Shown here: positions 27,304 to 35,973 of the stretch, in pieces
How positions within the stretch are numbered: position 1 is the stretch's first letter
How the letters are laid out: each line of letters opens with the position of its first letter
Origin: Steroidobacteraceae bacterium
GTDB lineage: Bacteria > Pseudomonadota > Gammaproteobacteria > Steroidobacterales > Steroidobacteraceae
Direction of reading: 5' to 3'
DNA length: 55,589 bases
NCBI GenBank assembly: GCA_036743675.1
Contig: DAINPA010000002.1
Coordinates: 1-55,589 of the forward strand
Program-made: the position numbers and the translations under genes
Notes under the pieces: generated by a model
Seen by the model: only the letters and a program-made list of their open reading frames with translations
What the model was told of the DNA's origin: nothing
The model's database searches: none

Positions 27304-28676
27304 CGGAATTTCCGCAGCAGTTGCGAATCCGGCAATTGATCGATCAGCGCGTCTTCGATGGCGGCGCGAGCCGAGGCCAAGGACATGCCGGTCAGCACAT
27401 CGGCGAGGAACGCATAGATGAGCAGGCTTTGCGCCGTTCCGCGATCCAGGCCGCGGGAGAGCATGTAAAAGAGCATCTCCGGGTCCAGGCGGCCGGTGGT
27501 CGCGCCATGAGCGCACTTGACCTCATCGGCGTGGATCTCCAATTGCGGCCGCGAATCGATTTCGGCGGAGTCCGACAACAGCAAGCCGCGACAGGATTGC
27601 TGCGACTCGGCCTGCACCGCGCCCGCCTCGACCACCACCTTGCTGTTGAAGATCACGCGGCTGGTGCCGCTCGCGATCGAGCGCGCGGTTTGCCGGCTTC
27701 GGGTATTCGGCGCGTGGTGCGTGGCGACGTTCACGCAGTCGACATGGCGCTCCTCGTGGCCCACCAGCAGCGAGTAGCTGTCGAGGCAGGCGCCCGGTTC
27801 GTTCAGGTGCGCATCGAGCGAGGCACGCACCAGGCCTCCTCCCAAGACGATGGTGAACTGCCTGCACCGGCTTGCGCGCTGCTGACGCAGGTCCAGCGAA
27901 TCGATGTGCGTGCAGCCGGATCGGGTCGCAAATATGCGGTAGTGTTCGATTTCGGCGTCCTGCCCGAGCGCGAGTTGAGTGACGGAATTGCACAGCGGCG
28001 TCCATTCGCCGCGCTGAACATGGTGTTCGATGATCGTCGCGTTCGAACCGGGCGCCGCATCGACGATGACTCGAGGATAGGCAATGGTGCCGGGGCCTTG
28101 CGCCGCCGCGCCGTGCACGATGACCAGCGGGGCGGTCAGTTTGCCGTTCACCTTGATATAAAGCCCGTCGGTGAACAAGGCGGTGTTGAGCAGCGTCCAG
28201 CGCGCACCGTCGGCGTCCGACAGAGGCGGAAGGAAGCGTGCCACCAGACCCGGATTTACTCGAGATAAATCTCGTAAGTTATTGATTAATAATTTATTAG
28301 AATCCAATTCCATGGGTGCGGGCAACATCGCAAAGCCGTTCGCCAAGTGCACGGTGGCGAGGCGTTCTGCGATGTCCCATGAGTCGAGCGAGTCGGCGGC
28401 TGCGACGGATCCGGCCGGCGCGCGCGGCGCATCGATGAAACTCTGTGCGGCCAGGCGCCGCAGGTTGGTGTAGCGCCAGCTCTCGTCGCGCGTGGTCGGC
28501 AGTCCCAGCCGTAAAAACCGACCTATCGCCTCCTCGCGCAGCGTCGACAGAGGATCGCGCCCAGACGAGCGCTCGAGCTGCGGCAAGGCGGATTGGCGCG
28601 CAAGCCATTGCGCTTCGAAGGATCGCAGCGCCGCCGATTGCGCCGCGGAGACGGCATGAGGCTGCGGCGAGATCAT
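27300..28676 (-). CDS. sufD: Fe-S cluster assembly protein SufD
   Basis: The C-terminal QLEIHADEVKCAHGATTGRLDPEMLFYMLSRGL is diagnostic for SufB/SufD. ATG 28676 overlaps the sufC stop (ATGA). Confidence 0.92.
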   Translation of the reverse strand: MISPQPHAVSAAQSAALRSFEAQWLARQSALPQLERSSGRDPLSTLREEAIGRFLRLGLPTTRDESWRYTNLRRLAAQSFIDAPRAPAGSVAAADSLDSWDIAERLATVHLANGFAMLPAPMELDSNKLLINNLRDLSRVNPGLVARFLPPLSDADGARWTLLNTALFTDGLYIKVNGKLTAPLVIVHGAAAQGPGTIAYPRVIVDAAPGSNATIIEHHVQRGEWTPLCNSVTQLALGQDAEIEHYRIFATRSGCTHIDSLDLRQQRASRCRQFTIVLGGGLVRASLDAHLNEPGACLDSYSLLVGHEERHVDCVNVATHHAPNTRSRQTARSIASGTSRVIFNSKVVVEAGAVQAESQQSCRGLLLSDSAEIDSRPQLEIHADEVKCAHGATTGRLDPEMLFYMLSRGLDRGTAQSLLIYAFLADVLTGMSLASARAAIEDALIDQLPDSQLLRKFR

Positions 28677-29428
28677 GCGACTTGACTCTCCTTCACCCAA
28701 TCGTAGCCGCGCCGTTCCAGTTCGAGCGCGAGCGATCGATCGCCCGACTTCAAGATGCGGCCCGCGGACAGCACATGCACCTTGTCCGGCACGATGTAGT
28801 CGAGCAGTCGCTGGTAATGGGTCACCAACACCACCGCGCGTCTGGGGTCGCGCAGGCTGTTGACGCCCATCGACACCACCTTCAGCGCATCGATATCGAG
28901 ACCCGAATCCGTCTCGTCGAGGATCGCGAGTTTCGGCTCCAGCACCAGCATCTGCAAAACTTCGTTGCGTTTCTTCTCGCCGCCGGAAAAGCCTTCGTTC
29001 ACGCCGCGCGTGAGAAAGGTCTCGCTCATCTGCATGAGCTTCATCTTTTGTTTGATGAGCGCCAGAAACTCGTAGGCATCGACCTCCGGTTCGCCGGCGG
29101 CTTTGCGCTTGGCATTCAGCGCCGCTTTCAACAGGTAGACGTTGTTGACCCCCGGAATCTCCACCGGGTATTGAAAGCCCAGAAACAAACCGGCCCGTGC
29201 GCGCTCCTCGGCGGGCAGGGCCAGCAAGTCGCGACCCTCGAAGGTGACCGAGCCGCCGGTGACTTCATAATCCTCCCGGCCCGCCAATACCTGGGCCAGG
29301 GTGCTCTTGCCTGAACCGTTCGGGCCCATGATGGCATGCACTTCGCCGGCTTCCACCTCGAGGTTGATTCCCTTGAGGATCTCTTTGCCCGCCACGCAGG
29401 CGCTCAAATCGGTAATCTTAAGCAACAT
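28673..29428 (-). CDS. sufC: Fe-S cluster assembly ATPase SufC
   Basis: Walker A GPNGSGKST, ABC signature FSGGEKKR, Walker B LAILDETDSGLD. Confidence 0.97.
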   Translation of the reverse strand: MLLKITDLSACVAGKEILKGINLEVEAGEVHAIMGPNGSGKSTLAQVLAGREDYEVTGGSVTFEGRDLLALPAEERARAGLFLGFQYPVEIPGVNNVYLLKAALNAKRKAAGEPEVDAYEFLALIKQKMKLMQMSETFLTRGVNEGFSGGEKKRNEVLQMLVLEPKLAILDETDSGLDIDALKVVSMGVNSLRDPRRAVVLVTHYQRLLDYIVPDKVHVLSAGRILKSGDRSLALELERRGYDWVKESQVA

Positions 29429-29446
29429 TTTTCCCCGAACCCGCGC

Positions 29447-30895
29447 TCAACCGACCGCGCCTTCCAAACTCACGCTCAACAGGTTTTGAGCCTCAACGGC
29501 GAATTCCATCGGTAGCTCCTTGAACACCACTTTGCAAAAGCCGCTGACGATCATATTGACGGCGTCTTCGGCGCTGATGCCGCGCTGCAGGCAGTAGAAT
29601 AATTGATCCTCGCCGATTTTCGAGGTGCTGGCCTCGTGCTCGACCGTCGCCGTGGGATTCTTCACCTCCATGTAAGGGAAGGTGTGCGCCGCGCATTTGG
29701 CGCCCATCAGCAAGGAATCGCATTGGGTAAAGTTGCGCGCGCCCGCGGCGCTCGGCAAAACCTTCACCAGGCCGCGGTAGGTGTTCTCGGCGTGGCCTGC
29801 GGAAATTCCCTTCGAAACGATCGTGCTCTTGGTGTTGCGGCCGATGTGGATCATCTTGGTGCCGGTATCGGCCTGCTGATAGTTGTTGGCAACCGCCACG
29901 GAATAGAACTCGCCGATTGAATTCTCGCCCTTCAACACGCAGCTCGGATATTTCCAGGTGATGGCCGAGCCGGTTTCCACCTGCGTCCACGAAATCTTGG
30001 AATTCCGGCCGCGGCACTCGCCGCGTTTGGTTACGAAATTGTAGATTCCGCCGAGCCCGTTCTCGTCTCCCGGATACCAGTTCTGCACGGTCGAGTACTT
30101 GATCTGCGCATCGTCCAATGCAACCAGCTCCACCACCGCCGCATGCAGTTGGTTCTCGTCGCGCATCGGCGCGGTGCAGCCTTCCAAGTAGCTGACGGAT
30201 GCGCCTTCGGCCGCGACGATCAAGGTGCGCTCGAATTGACCGGTCTTGGCCGCGTTGATCCGGAAATAAGTGGACAGCTCCATCGGGCAGCGCACGCCGG
30301 GCGGCACGTAGACGAAGGAGCCGTCGGAGAACACGGCCGAATTCAGCGCGGCAAAGAAATTGTCCCCGGGCGGCACGACGCTGCCCAGATAGCGCTCGAT
30401 CAGCTGCGGATGGTCGCGAACGGCGTCCGAGAACGAGCAAAAGATCACACCGGCCTTGCCGAGCTTCTCCTTGAAGGTGGTGGCCACCGAGACGCTGTCG
30501 AACACCGCGTCCACCGCGACTCCGGCGAGGCGCGCGCGCTCGTGCAGCGGTATTCCGAGCTTGGCATAGGTGGCGAGCAGTTTGGGGTCCACCTCATCGA
30601 TGCTCTTCGGCGCATTCTGCGGCGCGCGCGGCGCGGAGTAATAGGAAATGTCCTGGTAGTCGATCGGCTTGTAGTGCACGTGCGCCCATTTCGGCTCCCG
30701 CATGGTTTGCCAGTGTCGAAACGCCTTCAGGCGCCAATCGAGCAAAAACGCAGGCTCCATTTTCTTGAGCGATATCGCGCGCACCACGCCCTCGTCGAGC
30801 CCCGGCGGCAAACTGTCGGATTCGATGTCCGTGACGAAGCCATGCCGGTACTTCTGGCCGATGAGCGCTTCGACGTCTTGTGATTTGCTTGACAC
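29447..30895 (-). CDS. sufB: Fe-S cluster assembly scaffold SufB
   Basis: 482 aa, highly conserved: [19 protein letters not shown]..., [43 protein letters not shown]. Confidence 0.97.
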   Translation of the reverse strand: MSSKSQDVEALIGQKYRHGFVTDIESDSLPPGLDEGVVRAISLKKMEPAFLLDWRLKAFRHWQTMREPKWAHVHYKPIDYQDISYYSAPRAPQNAPKSIDEVDPKLLATYAKLGIPLHERARLAGVAVDAVFDSVSVATTFKEKLGKAGVIFCSFSDAVRDHPQLIERYLGSVVPPGDNFFAALNSAVFSDGSFVYVPPGVRCPMELSTYFRINAAKTGQFERTLIVAAEGASVSYLEGCTAPMRDENQLHAAVVELVALDDAQIKYSTVQNWYPGDENGLGGIYNFVTKRGECRGRNSKISWTQVETGSAITWKYPSCVLKGENSIGEFYSVAVANNYQQADTGTKMIHIGRNTKSTIVSKGISAGHAENTYRGLVKVLPSAAGARNFTQCDSLLMGAKCAAHTFPYMEVKNPTATVEHEASTSKIGEDQLFYCLQRGISAEDAVNMIVSGFCKVVFKELPMEFAVEAQNLLSVSLEGAVG

Positions 30896-30926
30896 GATTG
30901 ATTTCCAGTTCGGCTTGCGCGCACGC

Positions 30927-31385
30927 TCAAGACGCGTGGCGTCGAATTTCCAAGGCCAGGCCCGAGACGCGCACCGAGGTCGAATCGAGGCCGGCCAACT
31001 GACGCAGCGTCACATCCTCCAGAGCGCGGCGAATCGCGGCATTGACCCGCTGCCACGCGCCGCCGACGCGACACTGCCGCTCGATGCCGCATTGGCTAGA
31101 GGCGCCGCTGCATTCGGTAATGGCGATCGGGCCCTCGAACGCGTCGAGAATTTGCGCCGCGGTGATTTGTTCCGGATCTCGCGCCAGACGATATCCGCCC
31201 AGCGAGCCGCGCGAGGAAATCACCAACCCGGCGCGTTGCAATCCCTTCAGCACCTTGCTCACCGTCGGTCGGCTGAGGCGCGTGCGCTCGGCCAGCTCCG
31301 CCGCAGCGCGATGCCGCGGCGGGTCTTGCGCTAGACTCGCCAATATGACGGTTGCGTAGTCGGTCAGTTTGCCCATTCGCAACAT
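30927..31385 (-). CDS. Rrf2-family Fe-S-binding transcriptional regulator (SUF regulator / IscR-like)
   Basis: N-terminal wHTH ([13 protein letters not shown]...[19 protein letters not shown]). Three-Cys cluster [14 protein letters not shown] with IscR-like spacing. First gene of the suf operon. Confidence 0.88.
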   Translation of the reverse strand: MLRMGKLTDYATVILASLAQDPPRHRAAAELAERTRLSRPTVSKVLKGLQRAGLVISSRGSLGGYRLARDPEQITAAQILDAFEGPIAITECSGASSQCGIERQCRVGGAWQRVNAAIRRALEDVTLRQLAGLDSTSVRVSGLALEIRRHAS

Positions 31386-31408
31386 GATGAATTACCTTTG
31401 CCCAAGCG

Positions 31409-31435
31409 GTCCTACATGTGGGACAATTTTAGTCC
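31409..31435. promoter_or_regulatory. Overlapping GTCC/GGAC palindromes upstream of the Rrf2 regulator/suf operon (candidate operator)
   Basis: GTCCTACATGTGGGAC (31409-31424; 14 of 16 positions palindromic) shares its GGAC half-site with GGACAATTTTAGTCC (31421-31435). It lies 24-50 bp upstream of the regulator start, in the 151-bp divergent spacer shared with the aldolase gene. Confidence 0.35.
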
Positions 31436-31536
31436 TATTTGGGGCGAAGTGCCAGCCCGGGCGCGCAACGATCTTGATTTTGTTATCCTTGCGGGCCTGA
31501 ATTCGCCCCGTCATGCATCAGTGAGAGACATCAGTC

Positions 31537-32559
31537 ATGAACACCGCAGAGCTAGCCGCTACAGCACGTGTGTTGGTCGCGAAGAACCGAGGGATTTTGG
31601 CCGCGGACGAGAGCAGCGGCACCATTGCCAAGCGCTTTGGCAGCATCAAGCTGGAGTCGACCGAGGAGAACCGGCGCGCCTATCGTGAGATGCTGTTCAC
31701 GGCGCCGGGTGCGGGTGAATTCATCAGCGGCGTGATTTTGTACGACGAAACGCTGCGCCAGAAGACCAAGGCCGGCGTGCCTTTTCCCGCCTATTTGGGC
31801 CAGCACGGAATGATCCCCGGCATCAAGGTCGACACGGGCGCCAAGCCCCTGGCCGGATTTCCCGGCGAGACGATCACCGAAGGGCTCGACGGTTTGCGCG
31901 AGCGCTTGGCCGAGTACCGTAAGTTGGGCGCGAAATTCGCCAAATGGCGTGCCGTGATCGACATCGGCGCAGGCATCCCGAGTGCCTATGCGATCGATGC
32001 GAACGCGCAGGCGCTGGCGCGCTATGCGGCCCTATGCCAAGAGGCCGGCATTGTGCCGATCGTGGAGCCCGAAGTCCTGATGGACGGCAGTCACACGTTG
32101 CAGCGCTGTGAAGAGGTCACCAACACCGTGCTGCAAAGGGTATTCGGGCATTTACAGGCGGCGCGCATCCTGTTGGAGGGTATGTTGCTCAAGCCGAACA
32201 TGGTGGTGGCGGGCAAGAAATGCCCCGAGAAGGCGTCCGCCGAGCAGGTGGCGGAAGCGACGCTGCGCACTTTGAAGCGGCACGTGCCCTGCGCGGTGCC
32301 CGGCATTGCGTTTTTGTCGGGCGGCCAGCGCCCGACCGAAGCGACGCTGCATTTGAGTCTGATGAATGCGGCGGGAGCGGCGCCGTGGGCGCTCACCTTC
32401 AGCTACGGGCGCGCCCTGCAGGAGATGGCCCTGAGCGCCTGGGGCGGCAACCCGGCGGCTTTCGCGGCCGGCCAGAAGGCGCTGTTCACACGAGCCAAGC
32501 TCAACGGCCTGGCGGCGGGCGGCACCTACAAGACTTCGATGGAAAGCGCGGCGGGTTAA
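31537..32559 (+). CDS. fba: Class I (Schiff-base) fructose-bisphosphate aldolase
   Basis: GILAADESSGTIAKRFG, VILYDETL, LLKPNMV (catalytic Lys region), FLSGGQ, FSYGRALQ. Confidence 0.95.
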   Translation: MNTAELAATARVLVAKNRGILAADESSGTIAKRFGSIKLESTEENRRAYREMLFTAPGAGEFISGVILYDETLRQKTKAGVPFPAYLGQHGMIPGIKVDTGAKPLAGFPGETITEGLDGLRERLAEYRKLGAKFAKWRAVIDIGAGIPSAYAIDANAQALARYAALCQEAGIVPIVEPEVLMDGSHTLQRCEEVTNTVLQRVFGHLQAARILLEGMLLKPNMVVAGKKCPEKASAEQVAEATLRTLKRHVPCAVPGIAFLSGGQRPTEATLHLSLMNAAGAAPWALTFSYGRALQEMALSAWGGNPAAFAAGQKALFTRAKLNGLAAGGTYKTSMESAAG

Positions 32560-32580
32560 TTCCGCGCGCTGCCCGCGAAT

Positions 32581-32598
32581 CCGCGCCTCCGGGCGCGG
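32581..32598 (+). terminator. Short GC hairpin after the aldolase gene (weak terminator candidate)
   Basis: CCGCGCC-TCCG-GGCGCGG, 22 nt after the stop. No U-tract. Confidence 0.25.
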
Positions 32599-32620
32599 AG
32601 CTCACAGCTCAAGCAAGTCC

Positions 32621-33436
32621 TTGAATCAAACCACCTCCATCGTCGAGATCCGCAATCTGGGTTATGCCGTGAGTTCCCGTGCGGTGTTTGCCGGTCTCGA
32701 CATGGATATTGCGCGCGGGCGGGTGACCGCCATCATGGGACCGAGCGGCACGGGTAAGACCACGTTGCTGCGTCTGATCACCGGTCAGGCGGTCGCCGAC
32801 AGCGGCTCGATAAACGTGGCCGGGACCGATATGCGCACCGTGCGCCGCACTGATCTCTATGTGCTGCGGCGGCGCATGGGTATGCTGTTCCAAAATGGTG
32901 CATTGCTCACCGATTTGAGCGTCTTCGAGAATGTCGCCTTTCCGCTTCGCGAGCATACGGACCTGCCGGAGCGCATCATTCGCCAGCTGGTGCTGACCAA
33001 GCTGCAGGCGGTGGGTTTGCGCGGCGCGGCGCCGCTCATGCCGGGCGAGCTGTCCGGAGGCATGATCCGGCGAGTCGCGTTGGCGCGCGCCATCGTGATG
33101 GATCCGGACATCTTGATTTACGACGAGCCTTTCGTCGGCTTGGACCCGATCTCCATGGGCGTCATATTGCGGCTGATTCGCCGTCTGAACGATGCTTTAG
33201 GATTGACCAGCATCGTCGTGTCGCACAATGTGCAGGAAATCACCACCGTCGCCGACACCGTGTTCTTGTTGTCGGGCGGCAAAGTCGTGGCGCGTGGCAC
33301 GCCGCAGGAGCTGCAGTCCTACCCGTCGGACGAGGTGCGGCAGTTCATCGGCGGCCTACCGGACGGACCGGTGCCGTTTCACTATCCCGCTCAAGACTAT
33401 TTCAGCGAGCTTTTGGCGCAGGGCGAGGATCATTGA
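32621..33436 (+). CDS. mlaF: Phospholipid ABC transporter ATP-binding protein MlaF
   Basis: TTG start. Walker A GPSGTGKTT, signature LSGGMIRRVALARA, Walker B ILIYDEPFVGLD. Followed by mlaEDCB. Confidence 0.93.
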   Translation: MNQTTSIVEIRNLGYAVSSRAVFAGLDMDIARGRVTAIMGPSGTGKTTLLRLITGQAVADSGSINVAGTDMRTVRRTDLYVLRRRMGMLFQNGALLTDLSVFENVAFPLREHTDLPERIIRQLVLTKLQAVGLRGAAPLMPGELSGGMIRRVALARAIVMDPDILIYDEPFVGLDPISMGVILRLIRRLNDALGLTSIVVSHNVQEITTVADTVFLLSGGKVVARGTPQELQSYPSDEVRQFIGGLPDGPVPFHYPAQDYFSELLAQGEDH

Positions 33437-34200
33437 ACCTGATAAGAGAGCTTTGGAACAGCCTCATAGAATCGCTGCGGGGCCTGGGTGCGGTCACACG
33501 GTTCCTGCTGAACCTGATCGTCCATACGCCGCGCGCGCTGGTGCGCTTCGATTTGATCGTGCAGCAGGTTTTCAATTCGGGCGCATTGTCGCTGGTCATC
33601 ATCATGCTGTCCGGCCTGTTCGTCGGCATGGTGCTCGGACTGCAAGGCTTTCAGCTGCTGCAGCGCTTCGGTTCCGAGGAGGCCTTGGGCACCGCGGCGA
33701 CCATCGGCCTGGTCAAGGAGCTGGGTCCGGTGGTCACGGCATTGCTGTTCGCGGGCCGTGCCGGCACCGCATTGGCCTCGGAGTTGGGGTTGATGCGCGC
33801 CACCGATCAATTATCGGCGATGGAAATGATGGCGGTCGATCCGATACAAAGAGTGGTGGTGCCTCGCTTCCTGGGCGGAATCATCGCCATGCCCTTGCTC
33901 GCGGCGATCTTCAGCCTGATCGGCATCTACGGCGCGCAGCTCGTGGGCGTACAAATCATGGGCGTCGACTCGGGCAGCTTCTGGTCGCAGATGAGGGCCT
34001 CGGTCGGCCTGCGCGACGTCAACGAAGGCATCGTCAAGAGCTGCATATTCGGCGTCGCTTGCAGCTTGATCGCGGTGTACGAGGGCTATTACGCAGTACC
34101 CACGGCGGAGGGGGTCGGGCGGGCCACCACGCGCACGGTGGTCACTTCGGCGGTGGTCGTGTTGTTCCTGGACTATCTGCTGACCGCAGCGTTTTTGTAA
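33433..34200 (+). CDS. mlaE: Phospholipid ABC transporter permease MlaE
   Basis: TTGA overlap with mlaF. Conserved LVKELGPVVTALLFAGRAGTALASELGLMRATDQLSAMEMMAVDP. Confidence 0.95.
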   Translation: MNLIRELWNSLIESLRGLGAVTRFLLNLIVHTPRALVRFDLIVQQVFNSGALSLVIIMLSGLFVGMVLGLQGFQLLQRFGSEEALGTAATIGLVKELGPVVTALLFAGRAGTALASELGLMRATDQLSAMEMMAVDPIQRVVVPRFLGGIIAMPLLAAIFSLIGIYGAQLVGVQIMGVDSGSFWSQMRASVGLRDVNEGIVKSCIFGVACSLIAVYEGYYAVPTAEGVGRATTRTVVTSAVVVLFLDYLLTAAFL

Positions 34201-34212
34201 GAGGGCATCGCA

Positions 34213-34740
34213 ATGAGCAAGTCGAGTACCTTGAATCTTGGAACGGGGGCCTTTGTGCTGCTCGGTTTCGCGGCGTTGGCTTTCTTGACCACGCAGACGA
34301 CCAGCCGCGGCTTGCACATCGTCAGTCCGCCGCACTACGACGTGACGGCGAAATTCGACAACATCGGCGATTTGAAGGTGGGCGCGCCGGTCTCCATGTC
34401 GGGCGTCGAGATTGGCCGGGTGGCGCGCATCGACCTCGACACCAACGAATACAAAGCGGTGGTGCTGCTGCGTTTGAACGCCAAGTACAATAAGATCCCC
34501 ACCGACAGCGATGCCAGCATCTACACTCAGGGCCTGCTTGGGGGTAAATTCATCGGCCTGACTGCCGGAGGCGCTGAGACCTATTTGAAGAACAAGGATC
34601 ACATAGACTTCACGCAGTCGGCGTTCGTGCTCGAAAATCTGATCGGTCAATTGGTCGCGAATTTCGCGAAGAGCGCGGGTGGATCTGGCTCCACGCCGGC
34701 AAAAGCGGATGCCCCGGCGCCCGCGGAGAAAGCCAAATGA
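34213..34740 (+). CDS. mlaD: MCE-domain phospholipid-binding protein MlaD
   Basis: N-terminal TM anchor plus MCE core (FDNIGDLKVGAPVSMSGVEIGRV). Confidence 0.93.
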   Translation: MSKSSTLNLGTGAFVLLGFAALAFLTTQTTSRGLHIVSPPHYDVTAKFDNIGDLKVGAPVSMSGVEIGRVARIDLDTNEYKAVVLLRLNAKYNKIPTDSDASIYTQGLLGGKFIGLTAGGAETYLKNKDHIDFTQSAFVLENLIGQLVANFAKSAGGSGSTPAKADAPAPAEKAK

Positions 34741-35441
34741 AGATATCTGAATTGCGCTCGAGGGGGACGTTGACGCTCACCCTGTGGGTGATTGCGGCCG
34801 CGGCGGTACTTTGCATGCGAGCGCAGGCCGATGCCCAATCCCAAGTGCCGGCCGCGCCGGCAAACGGCCCGACAGCGGCCCCGAACACACTGGAGCCGCA
34901 GGCGCTGGTCGAAGATTCCGCGAAGCGCATGCTCGCCGAGTTGGATAAGAACCGCGCGATGTATGCCCAGGACCCGGCGAAGCTCGATTCGCTGGTCGCG
35001 AACGTGCTGCTGCCGCATTTCGACAGCGATTATGCAGCCCGGCTGGTGCTGGGACAGACCTGGCGCACGGCTACGCCCGAGCAACGCAAGCGCTTCGTGG
35101 ATGCGTTCTATCACTCCTTGCTGCGCAATTACGGAAACGCCTTGCTGAATTTCACTGCAGACCGGTTCGTGATCCTGCCTTACCGGGGAGATCCGGGCGA
35201 AACGACGGCCACGGTGCGCACCGAGGTGAAGAAATCCTCGGGCGAAAAGGTGCCGGTCAATTTCAGTCTGCGCAAGACCGATGAAGGCTGGAAGGCCTGG
35301 GACGTGGTCATCGAGGGCATTTCGTACGTGAAGAGTTTCCGCACGGACTATGCCGCGGAAATTCAGCAGAAGGGACTGGACGAGGTCATCGCGCGGCTCG
35401 AGAAGGAAAACGAGGTCCGCGCCGGCGGCGCCAGCAAGTGA
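34737..35441 (+). CDS. mlaC: Periplasmic phospholipid-binding protein MlaC (Tgt2/MlaC family)
   Basis: ATGA overlap with mlaD. Signal peptide. Motifs FDSDYAARLVLGQTWRTATPEQRKRFVDAFYHSLLRNYG and WKAWDVVIEGIS. Confidence 0.9.
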   Translation: MKISELRSRGTLTLTLWVIAAAAVLCMRAQADAQSQVPAAPANGPTAAPNTLEPQALVEDSAKRMLAELDKNRAMYAQDPAKLDSLVANVLLPHFDSDYAARLVLGQTWRTATPEQRKRFVDAFYHSLLRNYGNALLNFTADRFVILPYRGDPGETTATVRTEVKKSSGEKVPVNFSLRKTDEGWKAWDVVIEGISYVKSFRTDYAAEIQQKGLDEVIARLEKENEVRAGGASK

Positions 35442-35752
35442 ACCACCGGGTGCAGGAGGCGGCCGCTCTCGAAACGACCGGGGACGATCGCGTCCGCGTC
35501 GTGGGTTCGCTGGGCTTTTCCACCGTGAATGCGCTGCTGCCCCGCGGCAGCGACCTGATCCGTCACGGCCAGGCGGCGGTCATTGACCTGGCCGGTGTCA
35601 CGGACAGCGATAGCGCGGGTCTGGCCTTGCTGATCGAATGGCTGAGCGTGGCGCACGAAGCAGGGCGCGCCTTGCGCTACGATAACGTGCCCTCGCAGCT
35701 ACACCAGCTGGCCCGCTTGAGCGAAGTGGAAGAGCTGATCGCCGTGGGGTGA
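35438..35752 (+). CDS. mlaB: STAS-domain accessory protein MlaB
   Basis: GTGA overlap with mlaC. 104 aa. VIDLAGVTDSDSAGLALLIEW is a typical STAS/anti-sigma-antagonist-like segment. Confidence 0.85.
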   Translation: MNHRVQEAAALETTGDDRVRVVGSLGFSTVNALLPRGSDLIRHGQAAVIDLAGVTDSDSAGLALLIEWLSVAHEAGRALRYDNVPSQLHQLARLSEVEELIAVG

Positions 35753-35763
35753 AGCGTCAACCG

Positions 35764-35783
35764 AACGCCTCGCCGGGCGTTTT
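35764..35783 (+). terminator. Candidate intrinsic terminator of the mla operon
   Basis: AACGCC (35764-35769) / GGCGTT (35776-35781) stem with a 6-nt loop, running into TTTT (35780-35783). Lies 12 nt after the mlaB stop. Confidence 0.4.
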
Positions 35784-35973
35784 GCCTCGTAGGTTCAACC
35801 GAAGAGGGTGTTGCGGTCGTTGCGCCTCCCGTGATCGCTTACCGCCCGTTCCCCGCGCTGTACGCGGCTCCTTACTATTACCGATATCCCCGCTACTTTT
35901 ATCCCGCGTTCGCTCCGTACGGCATCGGCTACCGCTACGGCTTTCGGGGCTACGTCTACAGGCGGCCCTGGCG

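Noticed and set aside
28279-28300. A Fur box inside sufD.
   Set aside because: There is only a loose resemblance to the NAT(A/T)AT hexamer array, and the location is in the middle of a coding sequence. It is kept only as one possible explanation in the AT-island finding and is not annotated as a site.
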